From positions 840,001-872,000 of the forward strand of contig OY969931.1 of NCBI GenBank assembly GCA_963704705.1: a stretch of 32,000 nt of DNA. The letters run 5' to 3'. Position numbers and translations under genes: made by a program. Positions 31,661-32,000 of this stretch are shown one piece after another. A model generated the notes under the pieces. It was not told the DNA's origin, made no database searches, and saw nothing but the letters and a program-made list of their open reading frames with translations. Position 1 is the first letter of the stretch. Every line of letters starts with the position of its first letter. The DNA comes from an uncultured bacterium (lineage in GTDB: Bacteria > Patescibacteriota > Gracilibacteria > UBA1369 > PNNO01).

Positions 31661-32000
31661 ATGTGCGGAATATTCGCCTACAAAGGCCCTAGACAAAACG
31701 CAGCAGAACTTGTTATTAATGGCTTAAAAAAGCTCGAATACAGAGGTTATGATTCTTGGGGCGTGGCTTCAAAATGCAACGGAGAAATATCGATATATAA
31801 AGAAGTCGGCAAAATAAGCGACTTTGATTTTAATAATCCGCCTGAAGGCATCGATCTAAAACGTGCGTGCAATCTTGCAATGGGCCATTCACGCTGGGCC
31901 ACTCACGGGGGTGTAACAGTTGCAAATGCTCATCCTCATTTTTCTGCTGATAAGTCGATTGCTATTGTTCACAACGGAATTATTGAAAATTACATTGAGC
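31661..32000 (+). CDS. glmS: Glutamine-fructose-6-phosphate aminotransferase (partial, runs off right edge)
   Basis: MCGIFAYKGPRQNAAELVINGLKKLEYRGYDSWGVA...GHSRWATHGGVTVANAHPH...IAIVHNGIIENYIE. Confidence 0.92.
   Translation, partial: MCGIFAYKGPRQNAAELVINGLKKLEYRGYDSWGVASKCNGEISIYKEVGKISDFDFNNPPEGIDLKRACNLAMGHSRWATHGGVTVANAHPHFSADKSIAIVHNGIIENYIE

Overview
The window is AT-rich and densely coding. Its gene content resembles a Patescibacteria/CPR-type genome, possibly a Peregrinibacteria-like lineage with retained biosynthesis, but that placement is inference only. Recognisable genes are: a partial U32 peptidase, nadB, a large protein with a degenerate HD-GYP-like domain, a small repeat-bearing membrane protein, prfA-prmC, rpsU, gyrB, a FecR-like membrane protein, an SLH+PDZ+S41 protease, a VirB4-like ATPase, gyrA, a surface protein with thrombospondin type 3 repeats, rpmE, aroC, tgt, a YfbR-like HD hydrolase, a prephenate dehydrogenase, an SF2 helicase, ruvA, an M24 peptidase, purQ with a C-terminal extension, and a partial glmS. 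The best candidate for something new is the helicase gene at 25369..28527 (-). Its N-terminal DEAD-type SF2 helicase is followed by eight contiguous repeats of exactly 72 aa (216 bp each, 25402..27129) plus a partial ninth. Each repeat carries a helix-turn-helix-like segment, and the dipeptide at repeat positions 41-42, near the start of the presumed recognition helix, differs in all eight copies. Other points of interest are a 56-bp GC-rich in-frame repeat shared by the C-terminal tails of gyrA and rpmE, a degenerate HD-GYP domain on a roughly 1100-aa protein, a PurQ protein with a possible C-terminal PurS-like module, and a likely leaderless ruvA promoter. I saw no tRNA, rRNA, CRISPR array or obvious transposon.
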